Source of the DNA: Oopsacas minuta
Taxonomy: Eukaryota; Animalia; Porifera
DNA: 64,000 nt
NCBI GenBank assembly: GCA_024704765.1
Contig: JAKMXF010000033.1
Span: 892,847 to 956,846 of the forward strand
Direction of reading: 5' to 3'
Positions 33,684-45,282 of the stretch are shown here, piece by piece. The position numbers and the translations under genes are program-made. Each line of letters opens with the position of its first letter. Position 1 is the first letter of the stretch. The notes under the pieces are model-generated. The model did not search any database, was not told the DNA's origin, and saw nothing but the letters and a program-made list of their open reading frames with translations.

Positions 33684-36600
33684 TTAGGTTTTAGGAGAAG
33701 ATTTCTGCGCTTTTTGTTCGCTTGCCTCTCCCGACCCATCATCTGAGTGCGGAGAGTAAATCCCTGAGTACTCAGCTACCAGGGGCTTGTTAGGTCGACT
33801 GATAGATAGGTCTGTATTCTCTGAACTGGAATCTTCTGGCGTCTTAGTGGGGCTGACGTCACGAGGACTACGACCGGTGGGCGGAGGAGCCAATGAATTA
33901 TCTTTCTCTAGAGAAGAAGTAGGGGTATCACTTTGCTCCGACTTCTGAGGACCCTTATCGTATCCTGGAGGTGTGGATGGACGAGGGAAAGCAGTAGTCT
34001 CAATATTGTTAGAATCGGTAATATGATTATCCTTAAGTTCTGCTGGGAGAGCAGGGACTTTGAATTCGTGACGGATAGGAGGTGGATGGATTCTAGGAGG
34101 AGGAACTCTAAATTCGTGGGGCATGTTGGGTGGTCCTCTCATGTGTATAGGAGGAGGTATTCTAAACCGGTGGTCAGGATGTGGCAGTGAGGGAGGGCGC
34201 ATATTAGGAAAACGAGGCTGTCTGAATCTTGGGTCAATAGGACCTGGAGGTGGTGCTCTAAACTCTGGGCTAGGAGGGAACATGGGACGAGGGGGACGAT
34301 GAGGACGAGGGGGTGCGAAAAACGGAGGAGGATTATGGAACTGTTCAATCTCATTTTCACTTTGAGGACGGATATTTAGTCTGGGGTTATGACCGAATTC
34401 CTTGGGTAGGTACGGAAACGGACCAGTTGGTGGTACGGGATGTCTTTCAGGAGTGTTTACGTGTGGAGCAGTTAGTGTAGATATATTTCTTTCGTTAGCA
34501 TTGTTAATAGATTCAGTAGAATCAGTGCTAGCAGCTGGGGAGGAGGCTGTTATCATAGTATGGTCATTAAGTTGATTGACATCAGATGTTATAGGCATAT
34601 TAAGTAACACAGGAGTGTTAGAGGGCTGAGAATTTGGTATAGGAAGGGGTAGTAGTCCGACAGAAGGAGGACCAGGAAAACTAGACTGTGTAGGAGGTAT
34701 AATAGCAGCAGCTGATGGTGTAAGGGGTGGAGGAGGGAAGGTGGGGATCATTGGAGGGAGAGGCATGAAAATAGGAGGAATATTTGGGTTATACATTTTC
34801 TTCTCTGGTACAACCACTCCAGGAGGGAGGGTGTCTGGATCTAAAATGCCTCCTTCTTGTAACTCGCTCAGATCAATACCTTTATCAGTAACAATACTCC
34901 AAGGTAAATATGTTATCCCATGGGTAGAGTCCCAATGCTGCTTAAAGTTATCATCCTTAACACCCTTACCAGGAGCATACACTAGCTTAGAATTAATACC
35001 TCCTAACTTTATTTCACGCTCTACATTTACTAGCTTATCTGCAGATTCTCTTGTCTCCATTTCTACGTATGCACAACCACGAGAAGGAATCAAATCGAAT
35101 GAAACGATGGATCCAAACTCTTCGCATTTCTCTCTTATTATTCTCTCACTATTCGGAGCTACTTTCTTAACCTGCACCCAAATAGTAGATGATAGGACTG
35201 ATATACATTTCACCTTAGCGAGAGAAAAGGAATGCTTCTTCTCTTTATCATTCTCTTTCCTCAGATTAACTTTATGAATTTCCTGTAATTTCTCTCCTTC
35301 CTGCTCCTTGACTGAAGAGGAAAATTCAATGGTTTCTAGAGCTTTCCATTTGGAAGGAGGAGATTGATAAGATGACTCCGTGTCTTTAGTGATACGAGTA
35401 CGATCTCTCTCTTTGATTTCAGATTCTCTGCGCTTCCGTTTCTCACGAGGAGATCTGGATTTATCTCTCCTCTTATTTTTCTCCCTCCTCTCTATAGGGG
35501 AGTAGGAATTATGACGCTTACGACGTCGTTCTCTGTCTTTGTCTCGATCAGGACTTCTGGAGCGAGATCTATACCGTCTCCGCTCCTCGTATTCATAAGG
35601 GGGATCCTTTGAGTCTCTGCGGAATCTTTGTCTCTTCTTGTCTCTCTCTCTCGGTTCCGGGGGAGGAGACGGGGTGTTACGCCACCGAGAGAATGCTCCT
35701 CTTGGAGAGTCAGAATTATCACATATAGGAGAGCTAATGCGAGGACCAGAGGAGGAGTACACGTCTCTCTCTCGGGTATGATAGACATCCTTGGGAGGAT
35801 AGTCAGCACGATGGGCAGGGTAGTTGTCTTGCGGGACAGGAGGGCGAGTAGGCGGAACGAAGTCTGTGTGGGGATGAAATGGGTGACGAGGGGGAGGGAG
35901 AGAGAAGGGAGGTCTCTGTTGCTGGGGAGTTATGAATGGAGGAGGAGGAAATAAGTGACGGGAAGGGAGGCCAGGAGGCAGGGTCGGTAGCATGGGTCTA
36001 GGGAAGGCGTGCATAGGTAGACCAGGAGGAGGACGGAGAGAGGGGTCTATCCAGGGTAGTCTGACAGGAGGGATAGACTGGTTTGGAGGAGGATTCATGG
36101 GAATAACATTAGGGATAAAGGAAGGAGGACGAGTCCTCTCAGGAGATTGCTTAGAAGGTCCTAATTGTATCCGAGATATGGTGGGTATAGAATCTCCTAT
36201 CTTATCATCATGGATAGGATTAGGTTGTTGATTGGGGTGAATTGGCTGAGGAGGCTGAAAGGATGGTCTCATTGGCATAGGAAGCTGAGGGGAGACAGAA
36301 GTAGGAGAGGAAAAGCGGATTACATTACGCTCAGATAGCTTAGCTACTCTGTTGCGCTCTTGTGTAACTCTACGCTTCTGCTCTTCAATACGTTCATCTT
36401 CTCCCTGATCGTCTCCGTAATCGAAATCATCCAGAAAGGATCGAGTAGTGTCCTCAAAGATAGGAGGAGAGGGAGTACCTACATCCATGTCTACTCCCCC
36501 CTCGTCATCAGATATCTGTTCAATTCTCTCTTTATGAAGTAATTTCCCCGAATGACGACTCCTCTTCTCGGACCATGGATCGTGTGAAGATCTCTTGTGA

Positions 36601-37673
36601 GAGATTTTGTGTTCTCTCTCAAACTCTCTCAGATTTCTCTCCATACGTCGCTGCTGACTGTCAGAAGAAGGAACAGGAGGGGGAGGGGGTGGGGGTGGGG
36701 GCGGTACCCCAGTGGTTTGAACGTCATTTATATACTCGTGGTTCTGTGCGGTCTCTTGCTGCTCTAGGAACTGGTTGATGTGTTGGAGTTGGTGAGGCTT
36801 CAGCTTAGGTTTGAACTCCTGAGCAGGTTCTAGGTCTGCCATACTGCTGGAGTGAGCAGTACCAGATGCTGTACTACCTGTCAGACCCAGTACACTGCTA
36901 GCAGCCTCCTTAAGCTTCTCTAGAGTACTAGAGAGAGGTATAGACATACTAGCGTTAGCTGATATAGCAGGTGCTGTTATAGGTGTAACTATATTAGCGT
37001 TAGATAACAGAGATTGGAGTGATTGTATATTCTGCAATAAATTAGGGGATAGATTAGCAAGCTGTTGCTGAGCTTGTTGCTGCAGGAGAGCTTGTATGTG
37101 AGTCTGTTGTTGTTGTATTATAGCCACTGCATTTGCAGCTACTACTTCAGCAGCATTCATAGACGGATCATGTTTAGAACCACTTTTAGAGTTAGAGGAA
37201 TGACTACCAGGTCTAGGAGCTACCATGCCTAGCAGGGGTTGGATAACTGAGGGGGAGTATATGCCATTCTTTTGCCAGAGATTCAATACTCTGACTAGTT
37301 TTGGTATTTCAACCACTCTGCATTTGAGGAGGTTCTTGAATGTAGTTTGAATATTCTTTGAGAACCTAGGAGCAAATACATCTTTCTCATTAGGGAAATA
37401 GTGTCTGGATTGCCGCACGATGGAGTCCATGACATACAGCCCGGGGACTTTATACTCAGGTCTGCATTTCTGGATAAACTTCTCCACACAGTGCACTACG
37501 TGTTTATACATGCGGTGTGCCTTCATAGCGGATTTAGTAACAGAATTCATCTTTGCCTTTGAAACTGGTGGCTTCGTTTCACACATAGAATTCAGCTCAG
37601 AATTGAAACATTTTACTAATTCCATGCCTGACAATCCCTGATCATTCTCAATATCAAATTCTTCAGTTGCCAT
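33684..37673 (-). CDS. SR-related CTD-associated factor (SCAF4/SCAF8 family): CID, RS-rich region, RRM, Pro-rich tail
   Basis: KPP.SKAKM...TK.A.KA...YKHVV..VEKFI.KC.PEYK.PGLYV.DSIVRQSRH CID; RSRSRS; EEFG.I.S...IP.RGCAY RRM; likely ATG 37673; no intron in ~4 kb. Confidence 0.92.
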   Translation of the reverse strand: MATEEFDIENDQGLSGMELVKCFNSELNSMCETKPPVSKAKMNSVTKSAMKAHRMYKHVVHCVEKFIQKCRPEYKVPGLYVMDSIVRQSRHYFPNEKDVFAPRFSKNIQTTFKNLLKCRVVEIPKLVRVLNLWQKNGIYSPSVIQPLLGMVAPRPGSHSSNSKSGSKHDPSMNAAEVVAANAVAIIQQQQTHIQALLQQQAQQQLANLSPNLLQNIQSLQSLLSNANIVTPITAPAISANASMSIPLSSTLEKLKEAASSVLGLTGSTASGTAHSSSMADLEPAQEFKPKLKPHQLQHINQFLEQQETAQNHEYINDVQTTGVPPPPPPPPPPVPSSDSQQRRMERNLREFEREHKISHKRSSHDPWSEKRSRHSGKLLHKERIEQISDDEGGVDMDVGTPSPPIFEDTTRSFLDDFDYGDDQGEDERIEEQKRRVTQERNRVAKLSERNVIRFSSPTSVSPQLPMPMRPSFQPPQPIHPNQQPNPIHDDKIGDSIPTISRIQLGPSKQSPERTRPPSFIPNVIPMNPPPNQSIPPVRLPWIDPSLRPPPGLPMHAFPRPMLPTLPPGLPSRHLFPPPPFITPQQQRPPFSLPPPRHPFHPHTDFVPPTRPPVPQDNYPAHRADYPPKDVYHTRERDVYSSSGPRISSPICDNSDSPRGAFSRWRNTPSPPPEPRERDKKRQRFRRDSKDPPYEYEERRRYRSRSRSPDRDKDRERRRKRHNSYSPIERREKNKRRDKSRSPREKRKRRESEIKERDRTRITKDTESSYQSPPSKWKALETIEFSSSVKEQEGEKLQEIHKVNLRKENDKEKKHSFSLAKVKCISVLSSTIWVQVKKVAPNSERIIREKCEEFGSIVSFDLIPSRGCAYVEMETRESADKLVNVEREIKLGGINSKLVYAPGKGVKDDNFKQHWDSTHGITYLPWSIVTDKGIDLSELQEGGILDPDTLPPGVVVPEKKMYNPNIPPIFMPLPPMIPTFPPPPLTPSAAAIIPPTQSSFPGPPSVGLLPLPIPNSQPSNTPVLLNMPITSDVNQLNDHTMITASSPAASTDSTESINNANERNISTLTAPHVNTPERHPVPPTGPFPYLPKEFGHNPRLNIRPQSENEIEQFHNPPPFFAPPRPHRPPRPMFPPSPEFRAPPPGPIDPRFRQPRFPNMRPPSLPHPDHRFRIPPPIHMRGPPNMPHEFRVPPPRIHPPPIRHEFKVPALPAELKDNHITDSNNIETTAFPRPSTPPGYDKGPQKSEQSDTPTSSLEKDNSLAPPPTGRSPRDVSPTKTPEDSSSENTDLSISRPNKPLVAEYSGIYSPHSDDGSGEASEQKAQKSSPKT

Positions 37674-38536
37674 ATAGAAGTAGGTGATTATACAATATGA
37701 ATTACAGGCAAGAACCAAGGCTCTATTTATCTACGTAACTAGCAGATGTAGTGTAGTAACTCGCAATAGGTATAAAGAGTACACTATCAAAGTAACTTAC
37801 TGATGTTCCTCCGGGATAGAGCTGGAGATTACTCAAGCAGTGATCAAATATGTATAACTCCTTCTCTGAAATATATGCTAATGATTGATTGAATCACTTG
37901 TATTCACACAACACGACTAACTTATCCAGTAGTAAACAATCTGTGTTGACTTGATGATCCAATAGATCAGATTCTGAAACTGGAACTCAAAAATATTCTA
38001 AATTGATATGAAAGAGATACGTAAATAATGATATATTATAAATATCAGAAATTTTAACCAGATTAGTCGTTAACTGAGGCAAAGAAGCTGTGAGAATTAT
38101 GTCGCAGACATAACATTTGAAATACCCTAGATACGTATGAAGGAGGAGTATAAGACTTTCACAAACGAAACAGACACATTTTACCTTGGAAATCAGAGTA
38201 TTGTAGAATGACGATGAATTTTTTCTGACTTTTGATGTTGGTGGCCATCAATTTGTCAAATTTGTAGTTTAGTTATCTATATTCAGATCCGTAGGCACCG
38301 GTCCGGTTTGTCAGGTTTCAACCTGACCACTTTGGCCTGCAAATTTCCAATATGTCACAATCTGTCAGGTTGTACAGTTCAACCTGGCCACTTAGTCAGG
38401 TTATATACAGCGGCGTCGGAAGGAAAGATTATTACCGCGGCCCGCGGTTCATTAATAATATGTTCAAAAGTAAGGTTTACCCACCCATAAGGGAATTGTA
38501 AATACTTAATAGAAATGCATAGTTCTCTACCAAAGG

Positions 38537-39171
38537 GGTCTACCGTCATGTCTTAGGATGATAACATTGGAAACATTGGTAGGCCGTCAAAGCTGGAAAT
38601 TTAGCTATTTTCCTGGCCGATTCTTAGAAGGAATACTGAATATACAGTGGTACACCAATTTAGAATCCTTCCACTCGTCCCAATGTAACATATTGTTGTG
38701 ACGGTGGGGCCTTGCTCTATGAGCCTGGGTAGCCGTAGTCCCCCAAAATCATGATTTTGGATATACCCGTCAAAAAGATATACGTCATATTGCGTGATGG
38801 CCCAGGTCATTTGTCAATATTTAGTTAAAATTTCTTAGAAATATAATTTTCTATAGAAACAAGCCTAAGATATGCGAAATTTCTACGCTTTCAGTGGTAT
38901 TCAAATCAAATTTAGTTGCATTCCCCGAGGAAAAAGTTGCAAGAATTAAATCTTTTGAATACGAAATAATACCCAGCGTTTATATTATTGATGTTGAGAT
39001 CGATTGATCGATAATGAATTTCAAGGCAAATATTGACAAATACAGTATATCCGTATTTGATCTATTGAAGAATGGCGGCAATCGCGGCATTTCCAACGCC
39101 CCTATTTTATATAGCTTTACCTGTTTGCAGTATCCAACAGGACCACTTGTATTTTCATGGGTACGGCCCTG
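38537..39171. repeat. Dispersed repeat copy 1 (hAT-type end)
   Basis: Near-identical first ~150 bp and collinear remainder with 44588..45282; ends TACGGCCCTG (rc CAGGGCCGTA). Confidence 0.8.
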
Positions 39172-39204
39172 ATATTATTTTGTCTGTTTGCCCAGAATTA
39201 TTTT

Positions 39205-39578
39205 TGGACCCTAAGATGTCGCATAACTATGTATTTATCGTGTTTATACAGGAAGTAAACCTAATTGAATACAACTTCACTAAATATATTGAATATGCTG
39301 AATCTGAATTTCATACTTTGATTTAATCATATGTAAATTCTTTGTTGTTTTTATGAATATAAAGTAAAGTTCTTAAAGCATATGTAGAGAATTGCTCTTA
39401 ACAGCTATACATTGGTAATAAAGTACGCTATATTCAAGTTCACACATTTACATTTGTTTGATACTAAATTCATAAATTCACATTTTGTTATAGTTTAATT
39501 CGAGGTACGAAGTGCCGAGACCCGTGCCAACACGAAGTGTTGGCAAGCCGCGCAGAGCGAGCAAGCACAGCGTGCTCG
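39205..39578 (+). mobile_element. 5'-truncated Helitron-like copy
   Basis: Internal match to family; GCCAACAC-GAA-GTGTTGGC hairpin, ends CTCG|T; 3' end resembles 4711..5176. Confidence 0.6.
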
Positions 39579-41129
39579 TTTCTATAAATTCTCAAGAAAT
39601 TCCTGAACAACTTTTCCTTATTCTAATCGGAAGGACCATATATTGGCTAGATAACTACCTCCCTCTAGCGAAGAAAGGAGATTTGAAAATTAGAGAGGGA
39701 ATTTTTCTAAGAGTAATTACTTGAATTTTGCACAAAAGGAAACAAATTTTACAAATTGATTGCAATCAACTTGAAATGCCTTAACAAATGCCTGATCACC
39801 GTCGCGTTGTTCTAAAATATTCTGTGATCTTCAAGGTCAAATATGTGGTAATCGACAAATGCTAATTTTCCTCTTTGATAAAACTTTTACATTCTGTTAA
39901 ATAGTAGCCCTCAAAATTAATATTGTTCATTCGGCATTCGGAGTTGGTACCGAACAAATATTCATTGAAATGTATCGAAAGGGGCTATACAAGCCAGTAT
40001 GATAAATGAGGGATTCACAACGACTAAGTGATTTAGAATTTAGTAATCAATAAATACACCATTTTGAGTCTAAAGACAATTCCGTATATGGGATAAGTAT
40101 CCGGAAATTTCCGTAGAATCTCGGTATACACTAGCCAACATGTTAGGGAACGAATTGTGTCACTAACAAAAGTAAATAATAAGGGCTAAGTAATTGAACT
40201 TCATAGCAAGTTAGTATCCATGGTTATAATAATAGAGGTAGTAAACTGTCCCACAACAAAGCTAATTAGGACTTCAGTAGGTACACCCCCTTGAAATCGT
40301 GAGGTGTGATACACAGCCCCTGTTTGTACCCATGGACAAATAGGAAATTTTTTCAAAAATTAACAATTTCTATTACATATTCATTCGCGAAAGATTTATT
40401 GAATATTTATGTCTTCTAAACATGTGAGATCATTTCCCAAAATTATTGGTGCTATGCTCTAGTTGGATTAGAAGGGTTGGGATATTCGAAATTCGGATTA
40501 GCTACGGCCTAGTGTAGTCCTCTGTCTAGGAGTAGTGAAAGGGTCCGACCCCAAGACCATTGGCTACGGCGCTGATGATAGTTAAGCAAAATTAACAAAT
40601 TACACATTTGGATTTGGTATCATTTTAGATATTTCTTTATCAAATATTTGAGTACATTTTTAACCCAAAAATTTCGTTGTAACCTCTAGTGTACGAATTT
40701 GGGTCAGATACACTCCCCTAGATTGCGTGAAATGTATATACCCTCGGTTAGCACAATGGGCTCGGGTTAATTGGAACACTTCTCCTGGGCGGAATTTATA
40801 CCAGCACTATAATAACTGTTATGGAAATAGCGGTCTGAGTCAAAATATTATTGCATTGATAGGCCCACAACATCACAATATTCGTACTTAGAAACGTGAT
40901 ACCCGCATCTATCCTTATGATACGAAATTTATGTATGCAATAGTTGCAATGCTCAGCAAGCATATAATATATCAACAATTACGTGCATTACTCATGATAC
41001 GTATGACACCTGTAATATCAACATATAAGATTGAGAGATACAAACATAAAAAATAAAAATAGAATAAAAAGAAAATATACAAACCAGTTTAAAAGTAAAC
41101 TAAAATAACAAAATTATACATATTTTGAT

Positions 41130-42779
41130 TCATTTTGAGTTTTTGAGTTTATTAGCACCCTTTTCGGATAATTTAATCTCGTTATCTTTCTGAGAAAGCT
41201 CTTGATTAGAAGTAGCTATATTATTACCTGTCTGAGCAGTGCTAAGGGGTCTCGAGAAGCGAGGAGGAGGAGTTGAGGGTTGAGAGAGAGATTTAATTTT
41301 TACTCCTCCTCTTCTACTCAGAGTCACAGCCTTCTTACCGGTGTCAGGTTCTCCATTAGCTGCCTCCTCTACAGTCGAGGGTAATTGTCTCCATTGTGTA
41401 TGCCAGTTCTTCAATCGAGAGAAGAAACCTCCAGTAGCAGGACTAGCCTGGGGGTTAGACCGTATCTTCATGGACATGTATAGGTCTGAGTCTTCTCCGG
41501 ATTTAGGAGGACTAGACAGGTCTGTACTAGGAGTATCAATAGGTTTAGGATTAACACTTCCTGACATGTCTACATAGACAGAAGAACCTTCTAAATCATC
41601 TCTGAACTTTAACGTACAATAATCATGATCAACAGCTTCTGGTATTCGTGAGGAGGGCTCTATACATTCAGATGACTTAGTATCTTTCTTCATTGTCATG
41701 TAATCATTTTTGCGTTTCTGGAATATGGTAGAACGGAATATCCATTGAGCACATCCCCTACGACGATGAGTGATAGCATAAACAACTGCAACTATAACGA
41801 GAGAAAGAAGAGAGGTGAGGAGAAATGTTAAAATAATAGTTACACATATTACAAATATCTGTATATTGACGTCATCTAGCGACTTCTTGACGTTGATAGG
41901 GTTATTCTTCCCAGACATGTTTCCATCTACAGTAAACAGCTGTACCTCACTGATGGAGAAAGAATCAGAAATAATCTTGACTGTAACAAAGAGATAACTC
42001 CCAGAGCAACTACCTAAGTTAACAGATCCCAGAGTTTGTATTGTAATCTCACAATTCGCTAGCTCAGTATAAATCTCTGTTAAGGAATAAGTAGATGAGT
42101 CAGGAGATGATATAATGATTTGAGTTAGATTATAAATCGTATCTAAGCGGAATAAGAGGGATAGATTCTGATTATTAAATGAATCCCAAGTCACCACATC
42201 TCCAATCAGCTGATCTGTGAGTATACCAACACCTCCACTAACTACGTTATTGTGTACCAGACCTGTGTATTCATTATCTGGGGTTGAAGGTGCAGGGATG
42301 AGGTCATACTGCAGTATTTGTCGAGTGGGTACTTCTTCTAATTCTGCTTCACAGCCGTAGAGAGTAGAGCTTACTGTGACAGGAGATGAAGGAGCAATAT
42401 TAGAATCAAATACAATTGATAGAGTAAAAAATTGGGCAGAAACAGGTCCCAAATATAGGTTGAAACTAGTGTCATATGACCAATTGGATGAAATATAATG
42501 TTGTAAGAGAGTGTAGTGCAAACTAACTTCTTTGTCGAGATGGGAGAGAATGAGAGAAGAGATAGACCCACACCCTGATAGTGTATCACAAGATAAAGAG
42601 ATACCTGTTAGCGTTAGCGAGTTCATGGGGAGTGTTATATTGAAGAGGGAAGGTGACTTGTGTAGAGATGGGGAAGTAGCTGGTACCAACTGTGTGATGG
42701 TAATCAGAGGACTCTGACAGCAGAAGCAACAACTGGAGAGAGACAAGAGCAAGAATGATATGACCCTCGATGACGTCAT
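41130..42779 (-). CDS. Single-pass receptor with discoidin-domain-receptor-like ectodomain and Tyr-motif tail, no kinase
   Basis: Signal peptide; ...TLYGC end of discoidin fold; GGVGILTD..IG and FSISEVQLF as in DDR DS-like domain; TM IFVICV..VYAI; tail YMTM, YCTL, YVDM, YMSM. Confidence 0.7.
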   Translation of the reverse strand: MTSSRVISFLLLSLSSCCFCCQSPLITITQLVPATSPSLHKSPSLFNITLPMNSLTLTGISLSCDTLSGCGSISSLILSHLDKEVSLHYTLLQHYISSNWSYDTSFNLYLGPVSAQFFTLSIVFDSNIAPSSPVTVSSTLYGCEAELEEVPTRQILQYDLIPAPSTPDNEYTGLVHNNVVSGGVGILTDQLIGDVVTWDSFNNQNLSLLFRLDTIYNLTQIIISSPDSSTYSLTEIYTELANCEITIQTLGSVNLGSCSGSYLFVTVKIISDSFSISEVQLFTVDGNMSGKNNPINVKKSLDDVNIQIFVICVTIILTFLLTSLLSLVIVAVVYAITHRRRGCAQWIFRSTIFQKRKNDYMTMKKDTKSSECIEPSSRIPEAVDHDYCTLKFRDDLEGSSVYVDMSGSVNPKPIDTPSTDLSSPPKSGEDSDLYMSMKIRSNPQASPATGGFFSRLKNWHTQWRQLPSTVEEAANGEPDTGKKAVTLSRRGGVKIKSLSQPSTPPPRFSRPLSTAQTGNNIATSNQELSQKDNEIKLSEKGANKLKNSK

Positions 42780-43487
42780 TACTATACGTGTGCTAAAAAG
42801 ATAAATTTAATTATTATAACCGGACTGATTGATGTACCGTATCTATTTATTCAATTTATAGTGTCCTAAGACACGCAAGAGAACTAAAGGTTGTATAAAT
42901 CTATTTAGAATTAGGAATCATCAGAAATATACTAATACATATATTGATTGCTAATTCGCCACAAATTATAGAATAGAATAACGAATATAAGTAATGTATT
43001 CATATGATGCTTTTGGTGGATTAGTTCAAGAGATAATAAATAGTTTAAATCACAAAATCATTGTCTTGAGCAGAATTATGACTTTGCATATTAGATAAGT
43101 TTACATGTAATTAATTGTGTCCAGACTCCAGATTGTTTTGTGGTATGAAGTACTAGAACCTTATGACGCATTTGGAAAATTAGTATTTGGATCTGACCAA
43201 GATTGTTAGGCTTTGGACAAAATAACACCAATAATTATTACGTCGGCCGAGTAATGCACATGCTAACTCTCATGGGTTATGAGCAAGTCTCACTGGTTTT
43301 GGTTCATTAACTGTACATTTTGGTAGAGAAACTAATCTCACGGATTTGTGAAACTCCAGCTGGTATCTATGCTAAAGACTAATGAGTAATTCATGTCTAT
43401 CCAAATTCACCAATAATACTCACATTGCAAGAATAAGTGTAGTTATATTTATTTCTGGCTATGTAATGTTATAATAGCATACACATC

Positions 43488-43991
43488 CTATTGTGTAGAA
43501 GGGAAGTGTATCTGTTTTCTAAATGATTCAGCTCTAGACTGGAGTGTAGCTAGATGAGTAATGACAACCAGAGACTTTTGAAAGTTAGATCTAGCAGATC
43601 TAAGACTGTGAGGAGGTAATGCAGCAAACCAGCGGATAGGATCTGAAGCTGAAGATGTTTTAGATGATTGAGACTGTTTTGAATTCTTTGTTTCATTATT
43701 TGATTCTGATACTATTTTGTTCCCATGACCTATCTCCAAATCAAAGCTTATACTATCATCTACTTTCTCATAAGTTATCAGGGCTGTAGGTTCCATTACA
43801 TTATTGTAGCTGAGAGGACTAATAGCAGTCTGTCCTAACACCAGGCGAGTATGAGAAAGATTCTGAAACCCTTCATGCAACACAGATTCTAATTGCTGTT
43901 TGGAGACTGCTATTTCTTCCAATATAGCAAGATAATCCAGTGTTAATCTGTCTATTGACTCTAAAGTCGTGTCTGATCCAAGAGTAACCAT
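43488..43991 (-). CDS. CCDC115: V-ATPase assembly factor CCDC115/Vma22
   Basis: L....EG...L...R..LG N-terminal motif and DPIRWFAALPPHSLRSA...F. Confidence 0.85.
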   Translation of the reverse strand: MVTLGSDTTLESIDRLTLDYLAILEEIAVSKQQLESVLHEGFQNLSHTRLVLGQTAISPLSYNNVMEPTALITYEKVDDSISFDLEIGHGNKIVSESNNETKNSKQSQSSKTSSASDPIRWFAALPPHSLRSARSNFQKSLVVITHLATLQSRAESFRKQIHFPSTQ

Positions 43992-44587
43992 TGAAACAAA
44001 ATAATTAATAGCTAAATAGTGAATACAGATGTATAAGAAAGTGATTGAGATAATGGATTAAAGCTCAGGATGTAAAGAATAAAGCATACCCATAAAAAGC
44101 AATGTTGCAATTTAAAGCAACGACGCGTAGGACTCATTTGTGGGGCGTTCCGATATTTAGACTGTACCCCCTAAGTATGCAATTTATCAGATTGATTTGG
44201 AAAAATTCTCAATACAATCAATATTCGGAAACTCAGCGAATCTTTGATTTAACGGTTATAACCCATAGTTTCATGTGGTAGGCCAGGTGTTCATAGCTGC
44301 CGGTAAGACGCTCGGCATTCAATTATCATCAGCTAGTAAATAATTTCTATTAGGTTGTTCTTTTAATTTTGTATACGTATTTGATAACCTTTTCTCTATT
44401 CTATCTGTTACTATTAATATACTGTTAGGGTCGCTTATTGTGAACCCCACACGACCAAAAATATTGTTCATAGTAAAGAAACCCATTCAATCTCAAAAGT
44501 GAGCGCTTTCCAAAATCATGTGGAAACATTGTGTGACACACATTTGGAGCTTATCCGTGAGAGTGGTAGAAAATGTGTGAGACTCAC

Positions 44588-45282
44588 GGTCTACCGTCAT
44601 GTCTTAGGCTGATAACATTGGAAACATTGGTAGGCCGTCAAAGCTGGAAATTTAGCTATTTTCCTGGCCGATTCTTAGAAGAAATACTGAATATACAGTG
44701 GTACACCAATTTAGAATCCTTCCACTCATCCCAATTTAACCTATTATTGTGACAACAGTGGGGTCTTGCTCTAAGGCATCTCTCGATATTTAGTTAAAAT
44801 TTTGTAAAATAAATGTTCATATTTTTGGGTTAATTAAGTTATTTTATTTACTTCAGTTACATATGTATGAAATTTCAATATATTATATATTTATAATTAT
44901 TATGATTATATCTAGGATGTATGCGTAATTGTATTTGTAATATAATTTTCAAAATAAATAATTTCCGTAGAAACAAGCCTAAAATATGCGAAAATTAGAA
45001 TACGAAAATAATATCTAGCGTTTATATTATGATGTTGAGATTGATTAATCAATAATGAATTTCAAGGCAAATAATGAAAAGTACAGTCAGTATTTGATCT
45101 ACACAAGAATCTTTCACTAGTCATAAACATTAACAAGCGCAAGATAATAAAAGTTTCGGAATTTATTGCCGCGGCAATCGCGGAATTTCCGGCGCCCCTA
45201 TATTATATAGCTTTACCTGACCACTTGGTCTTGTTTTGCTGTATCCAACAGGACCACTTGTATTTTCATGGCTACGGCCCTG
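44588..45282. repeat. Dispersed repeat copy 2 (direct orientation to 38537..39171)
   Basis: GGTCTACCGTCATGTCTTAGG.TGATAACATTGG... through CATGGCTACGGCCCTG, with AT-rich insertion. Confidence 0.8.

Noticed and set aside
33933-36778. Several short ORFs overlapping SCAF4/8 (and similar ones over QDPR, TRAF, pogo)
   Set aside because: Antisense or alternate-frame shadows of long GC-richer coding sequence.
40500-40585. Hammerhead ribozyme (GAAA ... CTGATGA)
   Set aside because: Stems I and II do not pair and the cleavage-site U is absent; TGGCTACGGCGCTG is better explained as a hAT terminus.
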